DNA of 64,000 bases, taken from NCBI GenBank assembly GCA_016869515.1, contig VGDZ01000003.1:18804-82803 (forward strand), written 5' to 3'. This document shows positions 1 through 10,825 of this stretch, piece by piece. The position numbers and the translations under genes are program-made. Under the pieces are notes generated by a model. It did no database searches. It had not been told where the DNA came from and saw only the letters and a program-made list of their open reading frames with translations. The DNA is from Alphaproteobacteria bacterium. GTDB taxonomy: Bacteria > Pseudomonadota > Alphaproteobacteria > VGDZ01. The first letter of the stretch is position 1, and every line of letters begins with the position of its first letter.

Positions 1-853
<853 letters not shown>

Positions 854-857
<4 letters not shown>

Positions 858-1702
858 CCGAGACCCGTCGCGCCGGCTGGCTGTTCGTGACGCCGATCGG
901 GTTGCTCTATCTGCTGATCCTGCTGGCGCCGCTGTCCTATTTTCTCTTGCTCAGCATCTTCAAGTATTCGGCCTTCGAGATGTATCTGTTCGAGCCCACC
1001 GCCGAGAACTACCAGCGCCTGCTGTTCGATCCCTACTACCGCGGCGTGATCTACCGCACGCTGCGCATTGCCGCCACCACCACCGTCTTCACCTTGCTGG
1101 TGGCCTATCCGCTGGCCTATTTCCTGGCCCGCTACGGCGGACCCGGGCGCGGCGTGCTGATGTTCCTGGTGATCGCGCCGCTGATGAGCGGGGTCATCGT
1201 CCGCACCTACGGCTGGATCGTGCTGCTGGGGGCCGAGGGCACGATCAACACCGCGCTGATCTGGCTGGGCGCGATCCAGCGCCCGATCCAGATCCTGCGC
1301 ACCGAGTTTGCGGTGATCATGGCGATGGTCCACATCCTGCTGCCCTACATGGTGTTTCCGCTGTTCTCGGCCATCGTCGCCCAGGAACGCAATCTCGAAC
1401 AGGCGGCGCGCACGCTCGGCGCCTCCAACTTGCGCATCTTCCTCGAGGTCACGCTGCCCTTGTCGCGGCCGGGCATCGTCATGGGCTCGGTGTTGGTGTT
1501 CACGCTTACCGCCGGCGCCATCGTCACGCCGCAACTGCTCGGCGGCAAGGAGATGAAGGTGCTGGGCATCCTGATCTACGACCTGGTGCTGACGACGCTG
1601 AACTGGCCCTTGGCCTCGGCGGTGGCCTCGCTGCTGGTGCTGCTGCAGTTCTCGGTCATCGTCCTCTATTTCCGGGGAGCGCGCGGCCGTGCCGCGGCGT
1701 GA
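854..1702 (+). CDS. ABC transporter permease (PotB-like)
   Basis: In-frame GTG at 854 overlapping upstream stop (GTGA); multi-TM protein with EAA-like loop ERNLEQAARTLGAS; the longer ORF from 569 is an N-terminal extension overlapping the ATPase gene. Confidence 0.8.
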
Positions 1703-2519
1703 CGAGATCGGCGGCTGGGGCGCGTTGCCGCGCTTCATCGGCGCGGCGGCGGTGACTCTTACCTACCTTTTCCTGCTGGCGCCGATCGTGATCGTGATCT
1801 TCACCTCGTTCAATCCGACCGAGGCCAACGCCTTTCCGCCGACTGGACTGTCGCTGCGCTGGTACCACGAGTTCGCCGAGAGCGACGGCTTCGTCTCGGC
1901 CTTTCTGTTCAGCCTGTGGCTGGGCATTCTGGCGGCGATCGGGGCGACGGCGATCGGTTTTCTCGCCGCCTACGCGCTGCTGCGCTTCTTCGCCCGCCGC
2001 CGCGAGCTTGGCCAGGCGCTGACCATGCTGCCGATGATGATCCCGCACGTGCTGATCAGCATCTCGCTGGTGTTCATGCTGACCGTGGTCGAGCTGCCCG
2101 AGACGCTGACGCTGCTGCTGGGTCATATCATCATCTGCCTGCCCTTCACCGTCGCCGGCATCCTCTCCAGCCTGGATGCGGTCGACCGCAATCTCGAGCA
2201 TGCCGCCTTCACGCTGGGTGCCTCGCGGGCGCGGGTGATGTGGGAGGTGACGCTGCCGCTGATCGCGCCCGGGCTGCTGTCGGCGCTGATCTTCGCTTTC
2301 ATCGTCTCCTTCGGCGACGTCTACATCGCCCTGTTCCTGTCCGGTCCGGGCAAGACCACGCTGCCGATCGAGATCTTCAATTACATGAATTGGCAGAGCA
2401 CGCCGGTGATCGCCGCCATCACCAGCGTCCAGGTGGCGATGATCGTCGTCCTGGGGCTGGCGATCGAGCGGCTGGTGGGCCTGCGTCACGTCATGCGCAT
2501 CGAGGAGACACGGCGATGA
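1689..2519 (+). CDS. ABC transporter permease (PotC-like)
   Basis: GTG start overlapping end of upstream permease; TM-rich; EAA-like loop DRNLEHAAFTLGASRARVMWEVTLPL. Confidence 0.8.
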   Translation: MPRRDEIGGWGALPRFIGAAAVTLTYLFLLAPIVIVIFTSFNPTEANAFPPTGLSLRWYHEFAESDGFVSAFLFSLWLGILAAIGATAIGFLAAYALLRFFARRRELGQALTMLPMMIPHVLISISLVFMLTVVELPETLTLLLGHIIICLPFTVAGILSSLDAVDRNLEHAAFTLGASRARVMWEVTLPLIAPGLLSALIFAFIVSFGDVYIALFLSGPGKTTLPIEIFNYMNWQSTPVIAAITSVQVAMIVVLGLAIERLVGLRHVMRIEETRR

Positions 2520-3508
2520 AACAGATCCAGGTCGGCACCGCGCGCGGCCAGGCCGGCGCGCGCACCGAAGGCGTGCTCAAAGTCGGCGTGCTGCCCGACG
2601 CCCGCCCGGTCGAGCTGCCGGTGATCGTGATGCAGGGCCCGGGCGACGGTCCGGTGCTATGGTTGCAGGGTTGCATCCACGGCAACGAGCAATGCGGCAC
2701 CTTCGTCATCCACCGCTTCCTCGCCGGCTTGGATCTGTCCAAGCTCAAGGGCGCGGTGATCGCGCTGCCGGTGCTGAACCTGACCGCATTCCAGTTCAAC
2801 CGCCGCACCAGCCCGTTCGAGATCTATCACGGCGGCGATCTCAACCGCGTCTTCCCGGGCGATCCCGGCGGCAACTTCACCCAGCAGATGGCGCACGTCA
2901 TCTTCCAGGCGCTGGTCGGCAATGCCGACTGCATGGTCGACTTCCACACCGCGCACCTCAAGGAGACGCGCTGGGCGCTGTTCACCAACCTGCCGGGCGC
3001 GGTCGGCAAGCGGGCCGAGCGCATGGCGCGTGCCTGGGGCTATGTGCCGACCTTCCCCACCCCGCCGACCACGCTGACCGGCGCCGCCTACATGCAGGCC
3101 GCGACCAAGCACGGCATTCCCGGGTTGATCGTCGAATGCGGCGGCAAGGGCCCGGCTTTCGACGAGGCCGCCGTCGCCGACGGCGCCGAGCGGCTGCGCA
3201 ACGTCGCCCGCGCGCTGGGCATGATCGAGGAGCCGGTGACGCGCCACGAGGGCGTGCATTACGTTTCGGACTTTGCCTGGGTGCGCGGCCGTTCGGGCGG
3301 GCTTTACCGCAACCTGGTCGAACCCGGCCAGCGCATCAAGAAGGGCCAGGTGATCGGCAAGCTGTTCGACATTTTCGGCAAGCCGCGCGAGAGCGTGCGC
3401 GCGCCCGAAGGCGGCTTTGTGCTGACGGTCAATCCGGGTCCGCTGCTGATCAGCGGCGACACGCTGATCCATATCGGCCTCAATCCGCGCCCGGCGCCGG
3501 CGCTGTAG
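2516..3508 (+). CDS. Succinylglutamate desuccinylase/aspartoacylase (AstE/AspA, M14-like zinc deacylase) family protein, paralog 1
   Basis: ATG at 2516 overlaps upstream stop (ATGA); zinc-binding HxxE motif CIHGNEQCG; NLNRVFPG, LIVECGG and C-terminal KGQVIG motifs shared with the other three paralogs; the ORF-track extension from 1916 overlaps the permease gene. Confidence 0.8.
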   Translation: MKQIQVGTARGQAGARTEGVLKVGVLPDARPVELPVIVMQGPGDGPVLWLQGCIHGNEQCGTFVIHRFLAGLDLSKLKGAVIALPVLNLTAFQFNRRTSPFEIYHGGDLNRVFPGDPGGNFTQQMAHVIFQALVGNADCMVDFHTAHLKETRWALFTNLPGAVGKRAERMARAWGYVPTFPTPPTTLTGAAYMQAATKHGIPGLIVECGGKGPAFDEAAVADGAERLRNVARALGMIEEPVTRHEGVHYVSDFAWVRGRSGGLYRNLVEPGQRIKKGQVIGKLFDIFGKPRESVRAPEGGFVLTVNPGPLLISGDTLIHIGLNPRPAPAL

Positions 3509-3518
3509 GAGCCCTGCC

Positions 3519-4550
3519 ATGGCCAAGACCAAATCGAAGACCAAGTCCAAGCCCGCCGCCGCCAAGCGCCCGGCCGATCTTGTCCTCGGCGATGCCCGCG
3601 CCAAGCCCGGCAGCAAGGCCTCGGGCTGGCTGCGCCTGGGCGATCTGCCCGATGGCCAGCCGCTGGCGATCCCGGTGCACCTGGTCAACGGCGCCAAGCC
3701 CGGTCCCTGCCTCTGGGTGCAGGCCTGCATCCATGGCGACGAATATTGCGGCGCTTTCACCGTCAATGCCTTGGTCGAACGGCTCGATCCCAAGGCGCTG
3801 GCCGGAAGGGTGATCGCGCTGCCGGCGCTCAACATCACCGCCTTCCAGGCCGGCCGCCGCACCAGCCCGTTCGAAATGCACGGCACCGGCGATCTCAACC
3901 GCTGCTTCCCGGGCAATGCCGAGGGCACCATCACCGAGCAGATGGGCCACGGCATCTTCACCGCGCTCAAGGCCCATGCCGACTACCTGATCGACTACCA
4001 CACCGGCGGGGTCAAGGAGACGCGCTGGACGCTCTATGCCGACCTGCCGGGCAAGGTCGGCGAAGCGGGAGCTGGTCTCGCCCGCGCCTACGGCTTCAAG
4101 GTGGTGCTGCCGACGCCGCCGACCACGCTCGGCGCCTCGGCCTTCATCAATGCCGCCAAGCAGGGCATTCCTTCGCTGATCGTCGAATCCGGCGGCTTCG
4201 GCCCGGCTTTCGATTCCCACCTGGTCGAGGACGGCGCCGAGCGGCTGTGCAACGTCGCCCGCCATCTCGGCATGCTGGCGGGCAAGGTCAAGGACTTCGG
4301 CCGCCAGACTTTCATCTCGGACTTCGCCTGGATCAACGGCACCACCGGCGGCCTGTTCCGGCCCACGGTCAAGGGCGGCGAGCGCATCGCCAAGGGCCAA
4401 GTCATCGGCCGCTTCACCGATCTCTACGGCGCGCTGATCGAGGAGGCCAAGGCGCCGGCCGCCGGCATCGTCCTCACCACCCATCCCGGGCCGATGATGG
4501 CCACCGGCGACACCTTGATTCAGATCGGCCTTAACCCGAAGGAAGTCTGA
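3519..4550 (+). CDS. AstE/AspA-family (M14-like) deacylase, paralog 2
   Basis: ATG 3519 ten nt after paralog 1 stop; CIHGDEYCG, DLNRCFPG, LIVESGG; closely resembles paralog 1. Confidence 0.8.
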   Translation: MAKTKSKTKSKPAAAKRPADLVLGDARAKPGSKASGWLRLGDLPDGQPLAIPVHLVNGAKPGPCLWVQACIHGDEYCGAFTVNALVERLDPKALAGRVIALPALNITAFQAGRRTSPFEMHGTGDLNRCFPGNAEGTITEQMGHGIFTALKAHADYLIDYHTGGVKETRWTLYADLPGKVGEAGAGLARAYGFKVVLPTPPTTLGASAFINAAKQGIPSLIVESGGFGPAFDSHLVEDGAERLCNVARHLGMLAGKVKDFGRQTFISDFAWINGTTGGLFRPTVKGGERIAKGQVIGRFTDLYGALIEEAKAPAAGIVLTTHPGPMMATGDTLIQIGLNPKEV

Positions 4551-4551
4551 C

Positions 4552-5805
4552 GTGAGCCAATCCCAAGTCATCGTCGGCGGCACGCTGCTGGACGGCACCG
4601 GCGCCGACCCGGTCAAGGGCGCGATGGTGGTGATCGAAAACGGCGAGATCGTCTTCGCCGGCAAGGAAAGCGCGCGCGGCCTGCCGCGCGATGCGGCGCG
4701 GATCGACGCCTCGGGCGCCAGCATCCTGCCCGGGCTGATGGACGTGCATGTCCATATCTCGCTCAACGCGCCCGCGGACCTGGTGGCCGAGGTGGTCGGA
4801 CGGCCGCTCGGCCAGGTGGCGTTCGAGGTCGCGGCCAATCTGCGCCAGACCGTGGCCGCGGGCGTCACCACCATCCGCACCGTCAGCGACCTGGCTCATC
4901 TCGACATCGCCGCCCGCGATGCCATCCGCAAGGGCATCGCCATCGGTCCGCGCATCCATCCCTGCGGCAAGGGCCTGACCACCACCGGCGGCCATGGCCA
5001 GTTGCTGCCGTGTTGGCTGTGCCAGTCGCATGGCGAGCTCAGCGAAGTGGTCGACGGCGTCGATGCCATCCGCCGCGCCGTCCGCCTGCAGGTCCAAGCC
5101 GGCGCCGCCTGGATCAAGCTGTTCCAGACCGGCGGCGTGGTCGATCCCGAGGGCCGCATCGACGCCGAGGAATTCACGCCGAGCGAATTCGCCGCCGCGG
5201 TCGAGACCGCGCATACCGCGGGACTGCCGGTGGCGGTGCACGCCCACAACCGCGCCGGCATCCTGCGTTCGATCGCCGAGGGCTGCCGCTCGATCGAGCA
5301 CGGCATGCATTTCGACGAGGAATGCGCCGCCGCGGCGCGGGCCAAGGGCGCCTACTACGTCCCGACGCTGACGGTGATGAACCGCATCATCCGCCACGGC
5401 GCCCAGGCCGGCATTCCCGACTACATGATCAAGAACGTGCGCGAGCGCCTGACCAAGCACCACCAATACGTCAAGCACGCCTTCGACATCGGCGTCGGCC
5501 TGGCTTGCGGCACCGATGCCGGCTCGCTCTTGACGCCGCACGGCTCGGCCGGTCGCGAAGTGGCGCATTTCGTCGATTGCGGGCTGAGCGTGCCGCAGGC
5601 GGTCAGCGCGGCGACGCTGGTGTCTGCGCGCATGCTCAAGGCCGAGGACAAGGTCGGCTCGCTGGCCGGCGGCAAGCGCGGCGATGCGATCGTGGTCGAG
5701 GGCGACGTCATGGCCGATGTGCGGCGGCTGGAAGTCGCCGGCAACATGCGCGCGGTGATGGTCGACGGACGCGTTGTGGCGCGCGCCGGCCATGCCCTGA
5801 GCTGA
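4552..5805 (+). CDS. Amidohydrolase-family metal-dependent hydrolase (imidazolonepropionase / Xaa-Pro dipeptidase-like)
   Basis: GTG start 2 nt after paralog 2 stop; N-terminal HxH metal motif DVHVHISLN; later conserved His/Asp (AVHAHN, GTDAGS). Confidence 0.8.
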   Translation: MSQSQVIVGGTLLDGTGADPVKGAMVVIENGEIVFAGKESARGLPRDAARIDASGASILPGLMDVHVHISLNAPADLVAEVVGRPLGQVAFEVAANLRQTVAAGVTTIRTVSDLAHLDIAARDAIRKGIAIGPRIHPCGKGLTTTGGHGQLLPCWLCQSHGELSEVVDGVDAIRRAVRLQVQAGAAWIKLFQTGGVVDPEGRIDAEEFTPSEFAAAVETAHTAGLPVAVHAHNRAGILRSIAEGCRSIEHGMHFDEECAAAARAKGAYYVPTLTVMNRIIRHGAQAGIPDYMIKNVRERLTKHHQYVKHAFDIGVGLACGTDAGSLLTPHGSAGREVAHFVDCGLSVPQAVSAATLVSARMLKAEDKVGSLAGGKRGDAIVVEGDVMADVRRLEVAGNMRAVMVDGRVVARAGHALS

Positions 5806-5822
5806 AGCGGAAGGAACCCGTC

Positions 5823-6791
5823 ATGCGCATCGGTACGCTATCGGTCAGGCCCGGCCAACGCCGCTCGGGTCAGCTGGTGCTCGGCCATTATCCCGACGGG
5901 CCGATCGTGGCCCCGCTGACGGTGGTGCGCGGCAAGCGCCCCGGCAAGACGCTGTGGATCCAGGGCTGCCTCCACGGCCAGGAGGTCGGCGGCACCGTCG
6001 GCCTGATCCGCTTTCTCGAGCGGCTCGACCCGGCTCGGATCGAGGGCGCGGTGATCGCGGTCAAGCTGGCCAATCCGCTGGCCTTTCGCGGCTATGCCCG
6101 CAACACCCCGATCGACGGCATCAACCTCAACCGGGTCTTTCCCGGCGACGCCGCGGGCTATCACTCCCAGCAGGTGGCGCATGCGCTGATGAGCACGGCG
6201 ATCGGCCACGCCGACGCTTTGGTCGATCTGCATTCCGGCGGCGAGAGCCACATCGTGCCGTTCTACGCGCTCTATCGCGACGACGGCTCGGCCGCCTCGC
6301 GCGAGGCCGGGCGCCTGGCACGAGCCGCGGCCACGGCCGACATTTGGGCTTCGCGCGATGCTTGGCTGGACGGAGCGCTGTTGACCCATTTCACGCTGCG
6401 CGGCAAGCCCGCCGTGATCGTCGAATGCGGCGGTGGCGGCGGCGTCAGCGAGCAGCAAGTTGCCAATTTCGCCGGCGCGCTCGAAGGCATGGCGCGGGCG
6501 CTGGGCATACTGCCCGGCCGGCCGCCCAGGCGCGCGCGCTATCGGGTGATGGACCAGGCGCTGCTGGTCTACAACCGCAAGGGCGGGCTGTTCCGCCCGG
6601 CGGTCGAGCCCGGCGCCGTCGTCCGCAAGGGCCAGGCGCTGGGGGCGATGCTCGACTTCGATGGCCGCGTCGTCGAGACTTTGGTTTCGCCCAACGGTCC
6701 GGCCTATGTCGCCGCCTTGCCGCGGCGCTACATGGCGCTGCACTCGGGCGCGCTGATCGCCGAAACCATCCGCATCGTCGAGGGAGGCTGA
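5823..6791 (+). CDS. AstE/AspA-family (M14-like) deacylase, paralog 3
   Basis: ATG 5823 with the long ORF 5010..6791 trimmed to the first ATG after the amidohydrolase stop; CLHGQEVGG, NLNRVFPG, IVECGGGGG; forms a second subfamily together with paralog 4. Confidence 0.8.
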   Translation: MRIGTLSVRPGQRRSGQLVLGHYPDGPIVAPLTVVRGKRPGKTLWIQGCLHGQEVGGTVGLIRFLERLDPARIEGAVIAVKLANPLAFRGYARNTPIDGINLNRVFPGDAAGYHSQQVAHALMSTAIGHADALVDLHSGGESHIVPFYALYRDDGSAASREAGRLARAAATADIWASRDAWLDGALLTHFTLRGKPAVIVECGGGGGVSEQQVANFAGALEGMARALGILPGRPPRRARYRVMDQALLVYNRKGGLFRPAVEPGAVVRKGQALGAMLDFDGRVVETLVSPNGPAYVAALPRRYMALHSGALIAETIRIVEGG

Positions 6792-6792
6792 C

Positions 6793-7776
6793 ATGGCCGC
6801 GGCCAGGAATTTCCGCATCGGCAGCGCCCTCGCCCGTCCCGGCAAGCGGGTCGAGGGCGAGTTGGTGCTGGGCCATTATCCCGATGCGCCGATCGCCACC
6901 AAGGTCACCATCGTCTCGGGCACGCGGCCGGGGCCGGTGCTGTGGGTGCAGGGCTGCATCCACGGCCCCGAGGTCGGCGGCGTGGTCGCCATGCTGCGTT
7001 TGCTCGAACGCCTCGATCCGCGCCGCATGCGCGGCAGCATCGCCTGCATCATGCTGGCCAATCCGACCGCCTTCCGCGGCTATTCGCGCAACACGCCGGT
7101 CGATACCACCAATCTCAACCGCGTCTTCCCCGGCGCGGCCGACGGCACGCACAGCCAGCAGAATGCGCACGTCCTGATCGAGACCGCGGCTTCGGTGGCC
7201 GATGCGGTGCTGGATCTGCATTCCGGCGGCGATCGCTCGCGCGTGCCCTATTACGGGCTCTATTGGGCCGAGAATTCGGACGCCTCGCGTGAGGCCGGAC
7301 GCCTCGCCCGCGCCTGCGGTACGCGCGACATCTGGGCCTCGATCGACGATTGGCTGGGCGGCGCCATGTTCACCGTGCTGACCAAGCGCGGCATTCCCTC
7401 GCTGATCGTCGAATGCGGCGGCGGCGGCCAGGTGCCCGAAGCCCATGTCGCCAATTTCGTCGCCGCCATGACCGGCGTGGCGCAATCCATGGGCATCCTG
7501 CCCGGCCGGCCCAAGCGCTTTGCGCGCTATCGCGTGTTCGACGAAAGTGCCCTGATCTACAGCCGCAAGGGCGGACTGTTCCGGCCGCTGGTCGAACCCG
7601 GCGACATCGTCGAGAAAGGCCATGTGCTGGGCGAGATCGTCGATCTCTCGGGCAAGGTGGTGGAACGGCCGCGGGCCAGCATCGGCCCGTCCTACATCGC
7701 CTCGATCCGCCGGCCCTGGATGCCGGTCTATTCGGGCGACCAGATCGCCGAATGCAACCGCGTCATCGCGAGCTGA
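6793..7776 (+). CDS. AstE/AspA-family (M14-like) deacylase, paralog 4
   Basis: ATG 6793 two nt after paralog 3 stop; CIHGPEVGG, NLNRVFPG, LIVECGGGG; high similarity to paralog 3. Confidence 0.8.
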   Translation: MAAARNFRIGSALARPGKRVEGELVLGHYPDAPIATKVTIVSGTRPGPVLWVQGCIHGPEVGGVVAMLRLLERLDPRRMRGSIACIMLANPTAFRGYSRNTPVDTTNLNRVFPGAADGTHSQQNAHVLIETAASVADAVLDLHSGGDRSRVPYYGLYWAENSDASREAGRLARACGTRDIWASIDDWLGGAMFTVLTKRGIPSLIVECGGGGQVPEAHVANFVAAMTGVAQSMGILPGRPKRFARYRVFDESALIYSRKGGLFRPLVEPGDIVEKGHVLGEIVDLSGKVVERPRASIGPSYIASIRRPWMPVYSGDQIAECNRVIAS

Positions 7777-7783
7777 AACGCCT

Positions 7784-8701
7784 CTAATCCAGGCCGACGG
7801 CGCGGCGGTAAAGCGCCTCCGCCTCCAGCGTCACCGGCCCGGGGCAGCCGCGGCCGATGGCGCGGCCATCGACCGCGCGCACCGGCGTCACCCCGCCCAG
7901 CGTGCCGGTGACAAAGGCCTCGTCGGCCGCATAGACCTCGGCCAGCGTGAAATCGCATTCCCGCGCCTGATTTCCGGCGGCGCGCCAGGCCTCGATCACG
8001 CTGCGCTGGGTGATGCCGGGAAAGCTGTAGCGATGGGTCGAGGTCCACAGCTCGCGGCCGCGGACGATGAAGAAATTGGTCGAGTTGCAGGAGGCGACGA
8101 AACCCCGCGGATCCAGCATCAACGCCTCGTCGGCGCCGGCCTTGATCGCCTGGATCAGCGCCTGGATCAGGTTTAGCCGGCTGTGCGAATTGAGCCGCAT
8201 GTCGAACTGGTCGGGCGCGGTGGTGCGGAAGGTCGAGGTGAATAGGGCATAGCCCCGCCGCTTGGCCTCGGGCGGCGGCGCCTTGTATTCGGCCACGATC
8301 ACCACCGTCGCCCCGCCGACCACGAAACGCGGATCCTGGTTGGGCGTGCGCTTGACGCCGCGTGTCACCATCACCCGCAGATGCGCGCCGTCAGTCATGG
8401 CGTTGCGTTCCAGCGTCGCCGCGATGGCGCGCTTCAGTCCATCGCGATCAAATCCGATGTCGAGGTCGATCGCCCGCGCCCCTTCGAAAAGCCGGTCGAG
8501 ATGCGCCTCGAGGCTGATCAGCCTTCCCTTGGCCAGGCGCAGCCCCTCCCACACCCCATCGCCCAGCACGAAGCCGGAATCGAACACCGAGACCCGTGCG
8601 CGGTCGCGCGGCACGAATTCGCCATTGACGTAGACCAGCACCGCGTCGTTGCGGGGATCGGGCAGGTAGGCCTGCGCGCTTTGTGCCGCCGTCGGGTTCA
8701 T
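7784..8701 (-). CDS. Class IV (fold-type IV) aminotransferase, branched-chain amino acid / D-amino acid aminotransferase family
   Basis: 305-aa ORF with ATG at 8701; fold-type IV motifs (ExHLDRL, NxFxV, TGTLGGVTPV). Confidence 0.8.
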   Translation of the reverse strand: MNPTAAQSAQAYLPDPRNDAVLVYVNGEFVPRDRARVSVFDSGFVLGDGVWEGLRLAKGRLISLEAHLDRLFEGARAIDLDIGFDRDGLKRAIAATLERNAMTDGAHLRVMVTRGVKRTPNQDPRFVVGGATVVIVAEYKAPPPEAKRRGYALFTSTFRTTAPDQFDMRLNSHSRLNLIQALIQAIKAGADEALMLDPRGFVASCNSTNFFIVRGRELWTSTHRYSFPGITQRSVIEAWRAAGNQARECDFTLAEVYAADEAFVTGTLGGVTPVRAVDGRAIGRGCPGPVTLEAEALYRRAVGLD

Positions 8702-8711
8702 GGTTGCGACC

Positions 8712-9476
8712 TCAGAGGCTGAACTGTTTATGGCTGGCGATGAAGGCCCGAGTCGCCGCCTGACGCGGTTCCTTCAGCACCTCGGCCGGCGTCCCCTGCT
8801 CGTGGATCAGTCCATCGGCCAGGAACAGCACGCGCGAGGCGACATGATAAGCGAACCCCAGCTCGTGGGTGACCAGCAGCATGGTGCGGCCGTCCTCGGC
8901 CAAGGCGCGGATCGTCCCCAGCACCTCGCCGACCAGCGCCGGATCCAGCGCCGAGGTCGGCTCGTCGAACAGCAGCAGCGCCGGATCCATCGCCAGCGCC
9001 CGGGCGATCGCCACGCGCTGCTTCTGTCCGCCGCTGAGATGGGCCGGGTAGGCATCGGCCTTGTCGGCCAGGCCGACCCGCGCCAGCTCGGCCCGGCCCC
9101 GCGCCTCGGCCTGGACCCGGTCTTGGCCGAGCACGGTCAGCGGCCCCTCCATGACGTTGCCCAGCGCGGTCATGTGCGGAAACAGGTTGAAGTGCTGGAA
9201 CACCATCCCGACCTGACGGCGGATTTGGGTCAGTTCGCGCTCGGCATAGCGGCGGCGGCCGTCGCGCTCGCTGCCGACGACCTGGCCGCCGAATTCGACC
9301 CGGCCCTCGTCCGGCAGTTCCATGAAGTTGATGCAGCGCAGCAGCGTGCTCTTGCCCGAGCCCGATGCGCCAAGGATGGCGATGCGCTCGCCGCGCTCGA
9401 CCGTAAGGTCGATGCCGCGCAGCACCGGGTTGGCGCCGAAGCGCTTGACCAGGCCGGCGAGGCGCAACACCGTCAT
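8712..9476 (-). CDS. Polar amino-acid ABC transporter ATP-binding protein (HisP/GlnQ family)
   Basis: Walker A GASGSGKST, signature LSGGQKQRVAIARAL, Walker B LLLFDEPTSALD; start is the internal Met (MTVLRL) that overlaps the upstream permease stop (ATGA); the first 100 aa of the track ORF overlap the permease gene. Confidence 0.85.
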   Translation of the reverse strand: MTVLRLAGLVKRFGANPVLRGIDLTVERGERIAILGASGSGKSTLLRCINFMELPDEGRVEFGGQVVGSERDGRRRYAERELTQIRRQVGMVFQHFNLFPHMTALGNVMEGPLTVLGQDRVQAEARGRAELARVGLADKADAYPAHLSGGQKQRVAIARALAMDPALLLFDEPTSALDPALVGEVLGTIRALAEDGRTMLLVTHELGFAYHVASRVLFLADGLIHEQGTPAEVLKEPRQAATRAFIASHKQFSL

Positions 9477-10132
9477 TCGCCCCCCTTCAGCCGCCGCTCG
9501 AGCCAATAGCTCAGCTGCACCAGCGGCCAGAGAATGACGGAGAAAATCGCCGCCACGGCGGTATAGACCTCGATCGGATTGTAGTAGAGCGAAGCGATCA
9601 GCTTGCCCTGCTGCAGCAGCTCGACATAGGCCACCGCCGAAGCCAGCGTCGACATCTTGAAGATCTCGATGGCACGGTTGGCCAGCGCCGGCAGCATGCG
9701 CTTGATCGCCTGCGGCAGGATCACGCGCCGCATCGCCTGCAGCCAGCTCATGCCCAGCGCCCGCGCTCCGTCCCATTGGCCGCGCTCGATCGACTGGATG
9801 CCGCCGCGGTAGATCTCGGCCGAGAACGCCGCCGAGTTGAGCGAGATGCCCAGCACCGCGGCCGTCAGCGGCCCGATCTGGAACGGCAGCAGGATCGGCA
9901 GCGCGAAGAAGAACCAGATGATCTGCACCAGCACCGGCGTGTTGCGGAAGAACTCGACAAACGCGGTCGCCGGCGCCCGCAGCCAGGGATTGCGGGCATA
10001 TCGCCCGAGTCCGACCGGCAGCCCGAGCCCCAATCCCAGCACCAGGCAGATGGCGAAGATACGCAGCGTGCCGACGGCGCCGATCGCCAGCACGTCGGCA
10101 TGCTCGATCACCGTGGCGAAATCCCAGCGCAT
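9473..10132 (-). CDS. Amino-acid ABC transporter permease (HisM/GlnP family)
   Basis: Starts at MRWDFATV (Met 107 of the track ORF); TM-rich; EAA loop IERGQWDGARALGMSWLQAMRRVILPQA. Confidence 0.85.
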   Translation of the reverse strand: MRWDFATVIEHADVLAIGAVGTLRIFAICLVLGLGLGLPVGLGRYARNPWLRAPATAFVEFFRNTPVLVQIIWFFFALPILLPFQIGPLTAAVLGISLNSAAFSAEIYRGGIQSIERGQWDGARALGMSWLQAMRRVILPQAIKRMLPALANRAIEIFKMSTLASAVAYVELLQQGKLIASLYYNPIEVYTAVAAIFSVILWPLVQLSYWLERRLKGGE

Positions 10133-10809
10133 CAGCCGACCGTCCCTTCGCCGCTGCGCGCCAGCCTGAGTTCGATCCGCCGCGCCAACAGACTCGCGCC
10201 GTAGATCACGGTGAAATAGGCCAGCGCCACCGCGGTATAGGTCTCGAGCGGGCGGAAGGTCTTTTGCGACACCTCGTTGGCGGCGAACAGCAGATCGGCA
10301 TAGGAGATGGTGGCGACCAGAGTGGTGGTCTTCATCAGTTCGATGGCGCGTTCCATGAAGGCCGGGATCATGCGCTTGACCGCCTGCGGCAGGACGATGC
10401 GCCGCAGCGCCTGGCCGCGGTTCATGCCCAGCGCCCGGGCGGCGTCCCACTGGCCACGCTCGATCGATTCGATGCCGGCACGGAACACTTCGGCGAAGAA
10501 CGCCGCCGATTGGATCGAGAAGGTCACCAGCGCCGCCAGATAGGGCGTCATTTCGACGCCGACCACCAGCGGCGCCGCGAAGTAGAACCAGAACAACTGC
10601 ACCAAAGGCGGCGTGGTGCGGAAGACCTCGATCACCAACCCGGCCGGCCAGGCTGCCCAGGGCCGCCGCGACAGCCGCATCAGCGCGAGCCCGAGGCCAA
10701 GCGCGACGCCGAACGCCAGCGCCGCGCCGGTCAGGCGCAGGGTGTTGAACAGCCCGATCGCCAGCAGATCGAGATGGGCGGCGACCGGCGCGAAGTCCCA
10801 GCGATACAC
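10132..10809 (-). CDS. Amino-acid ABC transporter permease (HisQ family)
   Basis: 225 aa; MYRWDFAPV start resembles the neighbouring permease; EAA loop IERGQWDAARALGMNRGQALRRIVLPQA. Confidence 0.85.
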   Translation of the reverse strand: MYRWDFAPVAAHLDLLAIGLFNTLRLTGAALAFGVALGLGLALMRLSRRPWAAWPAGLVIEVFRTTPPLVQLFWFYFAAPLVVGVEMTPYLAALVTFSIQSAAFFAEVFRAGIESIERGQWDAARALGMNRGQALRRIVLPQAVKRMIPAFMERAIELMKTTTLVATISYADLLFAANEVSQKTFRPLETYTAVALAYFTVIYGASLLARRIELRLARSGEGTVG

Positions 10810-10825
10810 CGGCCTCGCGCCGGCG

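Noticed and set aside
5010-5822. N-terminal 270-aa extension of the ORF that contains AstE/AspA paralog 3; similar upstream extensions at 1916..2515, 569..853, 12834+ (to 14525), 21940+ (to 23748) and 27734+ (to 29239)
   Set aside because: Each extension overlaps the preceding, well-supported gene in another frame. The domain-bearing portion begins at an internal ATG/GTG placed 0-10 nt after, or overlapping, the upstream stop. Starts were trimmed accordingly.
9470-9480. Apparent 1-nt disagreement between my manual base count and the ORF-track coordinates at the ATPase/permease junction (tcat read at 9474-9477 versus track 9473-9476)
   Set aside because: Every other junction checked (8701, 8712, 9776, 10130, 16744, 18319, 19245, 21436, 29688) matched the track exactly. 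This is most likely my own counting slip, so track coordinates were used.
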